From Planctomycetales bacterium (GTDB lineage Bacteria; 4484-113): a DNA stretch of 19,362 bases. The notes below the pieces were generated by a model, which saw only the letters and a program-made list of their open reading frames with translations, was not told the origin of the DNA and did not search any database. This document shows positions 1 to 7,706 of the stretch, piece after piece. The stretch covers positions 1 to 19,362 of the forward strand of contig JBBIJQ010000036.1 in assembly GCA_037445915.1 (NCBI GenBank), read 5' to 3'. A program made the position numbers and the translations under genes. Position 1 is the stretch's first letter; each line of letters starts with the position of its first letter.

Positions 1-773
1 AAAGCATCGCTGGGAACGCCATCCATGCCTTCATTGTCCAGCGGCACCACCCGCAGCCAGCGGGCATTGCCGTCGGGAAGCTCGTATTGCATCCGCATCC
101 AGCCTTCTGTCGCGCCAGTGCCGTTGGTAAATGGAACAGAGCTCAATACGGTCCATGGGCCGCCCGCGCTGGTTGCTTCTTCCACTTGGTAACTGCTGAC
201 ATTAACGCCGAAGTACATCGCCAAAGGAGTAACGTCGGCAATACCGATTGTTCCGCTTCCATCCCCGTCAATAACCGCGTCAAGCGGGTCAGTGCCAACC
301 GTGTGACCGTAATGCATGGCGATAGGCGTGATATCGGTAATGCCCACTGTCCCGTTCTGGTCGTAGTCGCCGATGTTGCGGTAGTTCCAGCTAAGGATGT
401 AGTCTGCTCCGCTTGGCGTTACGGTAAGGCCGGCGGCCTTGTTTTTGTCGCCGGACGGGGGTGTGCAGGTTAGTTTCCCGCCGTTAGAAAGATTTGAAGC
501 TAACGCCTGCACGAAGGACTTCTTCAATGCGTAGAAGACCTCAGCGTTGCATCCTTTCGGCGGAACCAGCGCGTCCACTTCTGCGCGGATGTCCGCCGGC
601 AGCGAGTTGATGGCTTCCAAGTATGGACCATCCACCCCGGCAGGAAGCTGTGAAGTGGGAGTCGTTGTGTTCAACGATAATGCGCTTGGCCGGCGTGAAG
701 AATGTCCCCCGCAGGCTGCAAGCATGCAAATAACAAGAATCAAATGAATACCCCAAAATTGCGCATAACGCAC
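1..773 (-). CDS. Lipoprotein with dockerin-like paired Ca-binding loops inside an FN3/Ig-like domain (3' end outside the window)
   Basis: Manual translation of a stop-free minus frame from GTG 773 to the window edge: MRYAQFWGIHLILVICMLAA|CGGHSS (lipobox LAAC, Cys at 713-711), then LSWNYRNIGDYDQNGTVGITDITPIAMHYG...IDGDGSGTIGIADVTPLAMYFG...SYQV...LRVVPLDNEGMDGVPS. It aligns by eye with the N-terminal part of 967..3042. The start codon is uncertain (see findings). Confidence 0.85.
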   Translation of the reverse strand, partial: MRYAQFWGIHLILVICMLAACGGHSSRRPSALSLNTTTPTSQLPAGVDGPYLEAINSLPADIRAEVDALVPPKGCNAEVFYALKKSFVQALASNLSNGGKLTCTPPSGDKNKAAGLTVTPSGADYILSWNYRNIGDYDQNGTVGITDITPIAMHYGHTVGTDPLDAVIDGDGSGTIGIADVTPLAMYFGVNVSSYQVEEATSAGGPWTVLSSVPFTNGTGATEGWMRMQYELPDGNARWLRVVPLDNEGMDGVPSDA

Positions 774-811
774 TCCCTCAATGAAGATGAGTACACGCGT
801 GTGCCTATAAA

Positions 812-817
812 ATTATA
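812..817 (-). promoter_or_regulatory. Putative -10 box TATAAT for the leftward lipoprotein gene
   Basis: Perfect TATAAT on the minus strand about 40 nt upstream of the gene. SD-like GAGGGAG at 779-773. No clear -35. Confidence 0.5.
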
Positions 818-966
818 CCGCAGATACTATAGGGCGGCTATCCAGGCTAGTAAATTCATCTGGCATAGGCATGACCCGACGTCCCCGGTGTGTAGCTATT
901 TTAGGCTGTGGCAGAAAGTGGATTCCGATGGTGTACTTACAGTGAAAGGGGTGTTTGGAGGAGACT

Positions 967-3042
967 ATGCGCACACCAAGTTGCCTAGCTGGACGGCATG
1001 TTTGGTACGGCTTTGCGGCTATTATACTGGCGTTGCTGATGGTTGCCTGCGGGGGCGGGCGCCACAACCAGCAAGCCGCGCTTCCACTTGAACAGGCACC
1101 AATGGGCATTGCCACGCCTGCAACACCGCAGACGCCTGGGACGCTTGCCGAAGCGCTGGCGCAGCTTGATGCGCTTGCTATGCCCGAGGGCGTGTCGCCA
1201 CAGGTGTGGAACGACTTGAAGGCAAAGCTGCGGGAAGGCCTTAACGACCGCTTCGGCGGTAAGGGCGCTGCGAAGATTGCCGCGAAAGCGCCGACCGGGG
1301 AGGAGAACAAGGTCTGGTGGATTTATACTGAAGGCGGCACCGAATACGTTCCAAGGAAGCTTGTCTGGCGCTACCAGAATTCCGGCGACTTTGATTTGAA
1401 TGGAGTTGTAGGTGTTTCGGACATTGTCCCATTTACGCAGGCCTTCGGGGCGAAAGTCAGCGAGAAGCCGGATTATTACACGCTGGACTTGAACAGAAAC
1501 GGCCTCATTGATATTGCAGATATTACGGGAATCGCGCGGAACTTCGGAAACGAATGCTACTCTTACAGGATTTACGTCCGTGATGGGGTTGATAATCTAA
1601 CGGATATTGGCGGAAAGGCCAGGACTTCAGGTCGCCATGAAGCAGGAACCCTTCAGTTTGAGTTTGAGCTTCCATCGTTGATGAACTTTCGGCCGATACC
1701 CAAACTCCTTGTATATCCGCAGGACTCATCTGAAGGGCTCGGAGAGCCTTCATATATTTACTACGGGGCAACGCGAGAAGATTTGGGAACGCGGCTAGCT
1801 TCAATCCCTATAGTTGTTGGCAGCCCGGGCGAGAATTCCGCGACCGCCCTAGCGAGGTGGGAGTTTCCAGCGGAAATGGGGCGGAATGCAGCAATGGGAG
1901 CATCAACCGTAATATGGCTGGCTCAGCCCGGGCACTACGAGTTTTTCATGATATCAAGCGGGGATGAGTACAGCATTAGACACAACTACGAAGTGGATAT
2001 AGTCACGCAAGATTCGCTGCCAAGCATAAGGCTGTATTCCCTCGGCACTCCAACCGGGCCATTGCTATACTGGTCGAGAGACGGGTTCGCGGACATGCCA
2101 GTAACGCTGGAAGTATGGCGGGACGGCGAGAAGCTAACCGACCTTTCGCATTACAGCTGGCACTACATGGATAAAACAGCCGGATTGGAACAGCACACAT
2201 ACCAGCTACGCGCGAAATACGGCAGCTTTACCGCTTCAAGCTCATCACCGCTGCAGACAGGTGGGCAGAATTACATCGGCGAACACCTTTTCCTGCTTGC
2301 CGAGCCCACCAGACTAAATGGCGATGCGAAAAGCCAAGTCGCTGCGCTGCTGGTAAACACGAAATACAAGCTGGCTGCAATTCCCACTTTGCGTTTCACG
2401 ATTGAAGGAGCCCCTGCTGCGGTTTCTTCGTTCAAACCGGCTGTCATGCTAAGGGTTAACAAAAGCTCCACGCAAGCAGAGTCTGAACTGCAGTTCTACA
2501 GTTATTGGCTTCCCGTATATCAGACGGGCAGCACAGCTTTTGAAATTGCGGCAGTTCCAAGGAGCTATTGGATGAACTGGGAAGAAATCGAGGCTCCTGC
2601 TCCGGATACATTACCGCCCGGAAGCACCCTGCTTTTCGGACATTTCTACCTAGAAACCTCAATCCTAGCCGGGGCATCAAGTTTGCAGCCTTGGATGAAT
2701 CAAGGCGGATCGTATAGTTTTTATATTGACGAGTTCCGCAACATGCACTCGTTTGAAAACGTGCATTCGTTTGATCTCACTACTAATGCGACCGGGCAGG
2801 CGGTGCAGGCATCGCCAATTTCCGGCCAGTTATCTCTTGGGCGGCCACCATTGCCAGGCGACTTCAACGGAGACGGCATAGTTTGGATGGATGATACTTC
2901 GGCCTTTATTATCTACTTCCAGATGGCCGGTGGGAATCCTGTTACGCCGGAGACTGAAAGCGCGGACATGAATGGAGACGGCTACATCACCTTCATTGAT
3001 TTCTTCTACTTCTTTGGCTACATAGGCCAGCATGTGAGCTAG
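967..3042 (+). CDS. Multidomain surface lipoprotein (691 aa) with two dockerin-like modules, FN3-like domains and a possible cohesin-like domain
   Basis: ATG 967 follows GGAGGAG, a better start than TTG 955. Lipobox MVA|CGGG (Cys at 1048). Dockerin-type pairs [28 protein letters not shown] (about 1384-1548) and [27 protein letters not shown] (about 2857-3027). Confidence 0.85.
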   Translation: MRTPSCLAGRHVWYGFAAIILALLMVACGGGRHNQQAALPLEQAPMGIATPATPQTPGTLAEALAQLDALAMPEGVSPQVWNDLKAKLREGLNDRFGGKGAAKIAAKAPTGEENKVWWIYTEGGTEYVPRKLVWRYQNSGDFDLNGVVGVSDIVPFTQAFGAKVSEKPDYYTLDLNRNGLIDIADITGIARNFGNECYSYRIYVRDGVDNLTDIGGKARTSGRHEAGTLQFEFELPSLMNFRPIPKLLVYPQDSSEGLGEPSYIYYGATREDLGTRLASIPIVVGSPGENSATALARWEFPAEMGRNAAMGASTVIWLAQPGHYEFFMISSGDEYSIRHNYEVDIVTQDSLPSIRLYSLGTPTGPLLYWSRDGFADMPVTLEVWRDGEKLTDLSHYSWHYMDKTAGLEQHTYQLRAKYGSFTASSSSPLQTGGQNYIGEHLFLLAEPTRLNGDAKSQVAALLVNTKYKLAAIPTLRFTIEGAPAAVSSFKPAVMLRVNKSSTQAESELQFYSYWLPVYQTGSTAFEIAAVPRSYWMNWEEIEAPAPDTLPPGSTLLFGHFYLETSILAGASSLQPWMNQGGSYSFYIDEFRNMHSFENVHSFDLTTNATGQAVQASPISGQLSLGRPPLPGDFNGDGIVWMDDTSAFIIYFQMAGGNPVTPETESADMNGDGYITFIDFFYFFGYIGQHVS

Positions 3043-3049
3043 CCTGCAA

Positions 3050-3058
3050 TGATAGAAT
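3050..3058 (+). promoter_or_regulatory. Extended -10 promoter (TGaTAGAAT); probable leaderless hutU transcript
   Basis: TGnTAGAAT ends 7 nt before the hutU ATG at 3066, and the 23-nt intergenic gap has no SD. Confidence 0.6.
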
Positions 3059-3065
3059 AAGCCTG

Positions 3066-4739
3066 ATGGCGCAGAACACAGGAACACCACGGGTAGTGAA
3101 CCCGCCGACCGGCACGAAGCTTAACTGCCGGGGGTGGGTGCAGGAAGCCGCATTCCGCATGATTCAGCACAACTTGAGCCCCGACGTGGCCGAGAAGCCC
3201 GGCGAGCTTATCGTATACGGCGGCACAGGCCGGGCAGCGCGCAATTGGGAATGCTTTGACGGCATCCTGAACGCGCTCAGGGAGCTTGAGGGCGACGAGA
3301 CGCTTTTGGTGCAGTCAGGCAAGGCCGTGGGCGTTTTCCGCACGCACGAATGGGCGCCGCGCGTTCTCATCGCCAACAGCAACATCGTCCCGCACTGGGC
3401 TGACTGGGAGCAGTTCCGCGAATACGAGCGCATGGGACTCACCATGTACGGCCAGATGACCGCGGGAAGCTGGATCTACATCGGCACGCAGGGCATCCTG
3501 CAAGGCACATACGAGACGCTGGCGGCCGTGGGCGCGAAGCTCTTCGGCGGCAGCCTTGCCGGAACCATCACGCTCACCGCCGGCCTTGGCGGGATGGGCG
3601 GGGCGCAGCCGCTGGCAGTGACCTTCAACGGCGGCGTGGCGATTGTCGTGGAAGTGGACAAGTCGCGCATTGAGCGGCGGCTGGCGACGAAGTACCTTGA
3701 CGTAATGACCTCATCGCTGGATGAGGCCATTGCGCTTGCGCAAAAGGCGAAGGCTGAGCGGCGGCCGCTTTCCATCGGGCTTCTCGGCAACGCCGCGGAG
3801 ACGCACACTGAGATGGTGCGGCGCGGCTTCACGCCTGACATCGTTACCGACCAGACGAGCGCGCACGACGAGCTGAACGGCTACGTGCCCGCGGGGATGA
3901 GCTACGAGGACGCGCTTGCGCTACGCGCTGCAAACCCGCAGCGATACCGCGAATTGTCGTGGGACAGTATGGCGGCACACGCGCGAGCGATGCTGGCGTT
4001 CATGGACATGGGCGCGGAGGTTTTTGATTACGGTAACAACCTGCGCGGGCAGGTCAAGGCGCATCGGGGTATGGACGACGCGTTTCGCTTCCCCGGGTTT
4101 GTGCCGGCGTATATCAGGCCGCTCTTTTGCAGCGGGCAGGGGCCGTTTAGATGGGTCGCGCTGTCGGGTGACAAGGAAGATATTTTCACGACCGACCGCG
4201 AGCTGGCGAAGCTGTTCCCGGAGAAGGAGCATTTGCTGCGCTGGCTGAAGATGGCGGGCGAGAAGGTGGCGTTCCAAGGGCTTCCCTCGCGCATATGCTG
4301 GCTTGGCTATGGCGAGCGCGACTTGGCGGGGCTCATGTTCAACGACCTCGTGAAACGCGGGAAAGTCAAAGCGCCTATCGTCATCGGCCGCGACCACTTG
4401 GACTCGGGCAGCGTCGCCAGCCCCTACCGCGAGACGGAAGGGATGCGCGACGGCAGCGACGCGATTGCAGACTGGCCGATACTCAACGCGCTGCTGAACA
4501 CGTGCAGCGGCGCAAGCTGGGTGAGCTTCCACCACGGCGGCGGCGTGGGCATCGGCTACAGCCTGCACGCGGGGATGGTCGTCGTCGCGGACGGCACGGA
4601 CATGCAGGCGGAGAAGCTATCGCGCGTGCTCACGACCGACCCGGGCACGGGCGTTATGCGCCATGCCGACGCGGGCTACGACATCGCGCGAGATACCGCC
4701 CGCGAATACCAGATGAAGGTTTCAGGGAATATGGAATGA
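3066..4739 (+). CDS. hutU: Urocanate hydratase
   Basis: 557 aa with the motifs [72 protein letters not shown] and HHGGGVGIG. Confidence 0.99.
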   Translation: MAQNTGTPRVVNPPTGTKLNCRGWVQEAAFRMIQHNLSPDVAEKPGELIVYGGTGRAARNWECFDGILNALRELEGDETLLVQSGKAVGVFRTHEWAPRVLIANSNIVPHWADWEQFREYERMGLTMYGQMTAGSWIYIGTQGILQGTYETLAAVGAKLFGGSLAGTITLTAGLGGMGGAQPLAVTFNGGVAIVVEVDKSRIERRLATKYLDVMTSSLDEAIALAQKAKAERRPLSIGLLGNAAETHTEMVRRGFTPDIVTDQTSAHDELNGYVPAGMSYEDALALRAANPQRYRELSWDSMAAHARAMLAFMDMGAEVFDYGNNLRGQVKAHRGMDDAFRFPGFVPAYIRPLFCSGQGPFRWVALSGDKEDIFTTDRELAKLFPEKEHLLRWLKMAGEKVAFQGLPSRICWLGYGERDLAGLMFNDLVKRGKVKAPIVIGRDHLDSGSVASPYRETEGMRDGSDAIADWPILNALLNTCSGASWVSFHHGGGVGIGYSLHAGMVVVADGTDMQAEKLSRVLTTDPGTGVMRHADAGYDIARDTAREYQMKVSGNME

Positions 4740-5227
4740 GAGATCCAATAAGTCTGCTAGATGGTATTACAGGTAGCACTAGGAGAAAAGTAGAGCCCTC
4801 GGACATTGGGCTTTATTACTACAAGTTCTGGAGTGAAGTGCTTCCAAAGTTGCGTGAACTGGGATTTGTTACAGGCAGGCAGGAAACACCATCACGCAGC
4901 TTTCTTAATATCAATGCAAAGAAGGCTGGCTACACTTACTATATGGCTTTCACGAAGGAACACACATTCCGCGTTGAACTTTACATTGATAAAGGCGATG
5001 CAAAGTCGAACAAATCACGCTTTGATAGCCTCCACTCAATGAAGGACGAAATTGAAAAGCAGATGGGAACTCCACTGTCTTGGCAGCGGTTGGATAAGAA
5101 GCGTGCGTGTAGAATAGCGGTGCAGCGTGACGTATATGACCGCGACTCCCAGCGGGATGAGTTGATGAAGTGGGGCATTGATATGTTCGTCAAGCTGCGA
5201 AACGTCTTTGGCCCGTTGATGCGGTGA
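4736..5227 (+). CDS. DUF4268-family protein (163 aa)
   Basis: ATGA overlap with the hutU stop. The pattern YYKFW...[18 protein letters not shown]...[21 protein letters not shown] resembles DUF4268. The gene is AT-richer than hutU. Confidence 0.8.
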   Translation: MRDPISLLDGITGSTRRKVEPSDIGLYYYKFWSEVLPKLRELGFVTGRQETPSRSFLNINAKKAGYTYYMAFTKEHTFRVELYIDKGDAKSNKSRFDSLHSMKDEIEKQMGTPLSWQRLDKKRACRIAVQRDVYDRDSQRDELMKWGIDMFVKLRNVFGPLMR

Positions 5228-5231
5228 GAAC

Positions 5232-5834
5232 ATGAAACACAAACAAACTTTAACGATACTCGCGCTCCTCTCCCTCGCCCTCCTCCTCGCGTCCTGCGCG
5301 GCGCAGAATGTGAACACGCGGGCGATGGGTTTTTACAGGCTGCTTACGGGACAGGGCGCGAAGGACAGCATGGTGAACTACCTGTCGCCGGCGTTCCGCG
5401 CGGAGTTGGAGAAGCAAAACGCGCTCAAGACGTTTGAATCGATGGGCAACGCCCTGAAGCTTCCTGGCGCGGGTAAGCTAAAGCCCATCAGCGCAAAGAG
5501 CATCCATTCCGACCGGCTCGGCAATTTCGCAATAACATGGGTTGAGGGCCTTCCTGACTCGCCGCTCGCCGGCAGCGCTCCGAATAAGTGGGTGCGCGTA
5601 AAAGGGAAGTGGTATTTGTATATGGGCAGCGAGGCGGAGATTAAGGCTTACAAGGAATTCCCGACGGGGCTGCGCAAGCCCGTCATTACGCCGCCCAAGG
5701 CGTCGGATTATTCACAGGAGCCGAATAAGGAAGAGAAAGCCAAGGACGAGGCTGCGAAGAAGGAAAGCGGGCAGGTTGCGCCGGAGAAAGTGAAGGAGCA
5801 GGAGAAGCCGCCTGCGAAGCCGAAAGGGAAGTAA
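5232..5834 (+). CDS. Lipoprotein of unknown function, possibly NTF2-like, with a K/E/P-rich tail
   Basis: Signal MKHKQTLTILALLSLALLLAS|C. The segments YLSPAFR and KWVRVKGKWYL are typical of NTF2-like lipoproteins. Starts 4 nt after the upstream stop. Confidence 0.8.
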   Translation: MKHKQTLTILALLSLALLLASCAAQNVNTRAMGFYRLLTGQGAKDSMVNYLSPAFRAELEKQNALKTFESMGNALKLPGAGKLKPISAKSIHSDRLGNFAITWVEGLPDSPLAGSAPNKWVRVKGKWYLYMGSEAEIKAYKEFPTGLRKPVITPPKASDYSQEPNKEEKAKDEAAKKESGQVAPEKVKEQEKPPAKPKGK

Positions 5835-5846
5835 CGCGGGCAGAGA

Positions 5847-5870
5847 GGGGTAAGGGATAAGGGGTAAGGG
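5847..5870 (+). repeat. Heptamer tandem repeat GGG(G/A)TAA x3.4
   Basis: GGGGTAA GGGATAA GGGGTAA GGG, read directly. Confidence 0.85.
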
Positions 5871-5876
5871 TGCCGG

Positions 5877-5943
5877 ATTTCAGAGTTCAGATTCCAGACG
5901 GCGGGGCACATGTCCCCGCCCTTCAGCAGATTCCAGATTCCAG
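5877..5943 (+). repeat. Heptamer repeats ATTCCAG in two blocks flanking a GC-rich hairpin
   Basis: ATTTCAG AGTTCAG ATTCCAG (5877-5897), inverted repeat GGCGGGG-CACATGT-CCCCGCC (5900-5920), then ATTCCAG ATTCCAG (5930-5943). Confidence 0.8.
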
Positions 5944-5944
5944 A

Positions 5945-5966
5945 GCGGGACTGAAGTCCCGCCTAC
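5945..5966 (-). repeat. GTAG-type REP-like palindrome
   Basis: The minus strand reads GTAG-GCGGGAC-TTCA-GTCCCGC: a GTAG foot followed by a GC stem-loop, located between convergent genes. Confidence 0.7.
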
Positions 5967-5976
5967 AAGATAGCTG

Positions 5977-7042
5977 TTATCCTTCCGTCTCTTCGCAGGT
6001 TTCATCATTGCCGAAGAGGGGTTCAGACGCCCCGGACTGTATGCACGCGGGGGTGTAAGGCACGCGGAAGTACTCATAGGCTTTCTGCGTGGCGCAGCGG
6101 CCGCGCGGCGTCTTCTCCAAAAATCCCGCCTTCATCAAATACGGCTCGTAAACGTCTTCCAGCGTGTCGCGCTCCTCGTTGAGCACCGCCGCCAGCGTGG
6201 CGATGCCGACCGGCCCGCCGCTGAAGTTGCGGATGATGAGCGTGAGTATGCGCCTATCCATCTCGTCCAGGCCTTCGCCGGTGATTCCCAAGCGCTTGAG
6301 CGATTCCTCGGCAAGCTCGCAGGATATTTCGCTGCTTCCCGCGACGACGGCGAAGTCCCACACGCGCTTGAACAGGCGCAGCGCGACGCGCGGCGTGCCA
6401 CGGCTGCGCGCGGCGATGGCCAGCAGGCATTCATCGCCGATAATGATGCCGTGCTCCTGCGCTTTGCGGCGGATGATTTCAGAAAGGTCGGCAGGCTCGT
6501 AGAAGTTCAGGTGGAACAGCGCGCCGAAGCGGTCGCGCAAGGGCGCGGTCAAAAGCCCGCTGCGGGTGGTCGCGCCGACTAGCGTGAACGGGCTAAGGTT
6601 CAGCGGTATGGTCTTGGCGCCGGGCCCCTTGCCGATGATAACGTCAACCTTGAACTGCTCCATCGCCGAATACAGCGTTTCCTCAACCGCGCGGTTCAAG
6701 CGGTGTATCTCGTCAATGAACAAGACCTGCCGCTCCTGCAGGCCGGTGAGGATGGCGAGCAAGTCGCCCGCGCGCTCAAGCAGCGGCCCGGTCGTTGAGG
6801 TCAGCGTGACACCCATCTCGTGCGCGATGATGTTGGCAAGCGTGGTCTTGCCGAGCCCAGGCGGACCTGCGAAGAGGATGTGCTCCAGCGCTGCGCCGCG
6901 CTTTTGCGCCGCCTCAATCATCACGCGGATGTTCGCCTTGACCTGCGCCTGGCCGACGAAGGCGTCAAGGCTCTCCGGGCGGCGCGAGGTGAACGCGGAA
7001 ACTTCCCGCTGAATCGTTTTCGCGGCTGCCAGTTTGCGGCAT
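5977..7042 (-). CDS. ruvB: Holliday junction branch migration helicase RuvB (start uncertain; apparent 1-nt frame discrepancy near the 5' end)
   Basis: Walker A GPPGLGKTT, Walker B FIDEIHR, FTLVGATTR, RSRGTPR and KTPRGR. The conserved N-terminal RRPESLDAFVGQ lies in frame upstream of GTG 6924, while the nearest ATG (7042) is out of frame. Confidence 0.95.
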
Positions 7043-7046
7043 GCGC

Positions 7047-7568
7047 CTAGTTTAGCATAGCGCGCCGCCTTCGGCGCTGGGGCGGCACTTCGTCTTCGTC
7101 GTCTTTGCGGTGATACAGCTCAACCGTCGTGCGGTCGCGGATAGTCAAACCGTTTAGGTGGTCAATTTCATGCTGGAGGATGCGCGCGTGGATACCTTCA
7201 AGCTCCACGCGGTAGGTGTTCATCTCCAGGTCCTGGAACTTCACGGTTATCGCCTCGTAGCGCGGGACAAGCCCGCAAAGTCCGGGGAAGGAAAGGCACC
7301 CTTCCTCGTCCATCTCCTCACCGCGCCCGTCAACTATGGTCGGGTTGATGTAGTAATTCACCTCGTCCATCTCAATGTCGCGCACGACAATGACGCGAAG
7401 AAGCTCGCCGACCTGGTTTGCGGCAAGGCCGACGCCGTTTTCGTCAATCATCGCTTCCTTCATCTCGTGGACTAGCTTTGTGACGAACTCAATATCGTTG
7501 CGGCCGACTTTGCGCGCGCTTTTACAAAGCGCTTCAGCCGGGTATTCAAGTATCTTTCTCTTAGCCAT
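7047..7568 (-). CDS. def: Peptide deformylase
   Basis: The three signature motifs GVGLAANQVG, EGCLS and HEIDHLNG. Confidence 0.98.
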   Translation of the reverse strand: MAKRKILEYPAEALCKSARKVGRNDIEFVTKLVHEMKEAMIDENGVGLAANQVGELLRVIVVRDIEMDEVNYYINPTIVDGRGEEMDEEGCLSFPGLCGLVPRYEAITVKFQDLEMNTYRVELEGIHARILQHEIDHLNGLTIRDRTTVELYHRKDDEDEVPPQRRRRRAMLN

Positions 7569-7576
7569 GCAGAACT

Positions 7577-7582
7577 ATTATA
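7577..7582 (-). promoter_or_regulatory. -10 box TATAAT; probable leaderless or near-leaderless def transcript
   Basis: The minus strand reads TATAAT-AGTTCTGC-ATG (8 nt spacer) with no SD. Confidence 0.6.
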
Positions 7583-7650
7583 CCTTCCAGGCAGAGGGAA
7601 TATCGCCGCGATAAATGGCTCTTGGCTTAGGCTGGCGCGCCCCGCGGCAC

Positions 7651-7680
7651 TTGTTAAAGGTTCGCCGCTCGTGCTATGAT
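7651..7680 (+). promoter_or_regulatory. Sigma70-type promoter for the secD operon
   Basis: TTGTTA (7651-7656), 18 bp spacer, TATGAT (7675-7680) with an extended TGn. SD GGGAG precedes ATG 7707. Confidence 0.6.
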
Positions 7681-7706
7681 AAGGGTTCACCTATTTGGGA
7701 GCTGAT

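Noticed and set aside
793-802. Perfect palindrome ACACGCGTGT between the -10 box and the leftward gene
   Set aside because: It is a single 10-mer with no second copy or adjacent regulator. It could be an operator, but nothing supports that.
87-1310. ORF-track ORFs 87..473, 541..756, 547..747, 702..1091 and 813..1310
   Set aside because: They are shadows of the two lipoprotein genes or span their promoter region, and have no recognisable motifs.
2940-3042. Aromatic-rich 3' end of the large lipoprotein as a possible diversity-generating retroelement target
   Set aside because: No template repeat or reverse transcriptase is present in the window, and the segment is explained as a dockerin helix.
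4295-4735. N-terminal half of the 310-aa ORF 4295..5227
   Set aside because: It is an Arg-rich off-frame read of hutU. The real gene starts at ATG 4736.
5835-5976. Possible CRISPR array or small ORFs (5870..6058, 5708..5911) in the repeat patch
   Set aside because: The units are 7 bp with no 25-40 bp repeat/spacer periodicity and no cas genes. The ORFs simply translate the repeats.
7601-7613. Inverted repeat TATCGC-C-GCGATA near the def -35 region
   Set aside because: It has only 6-bp arms and is single copy, so it cannot be told apart from chance.
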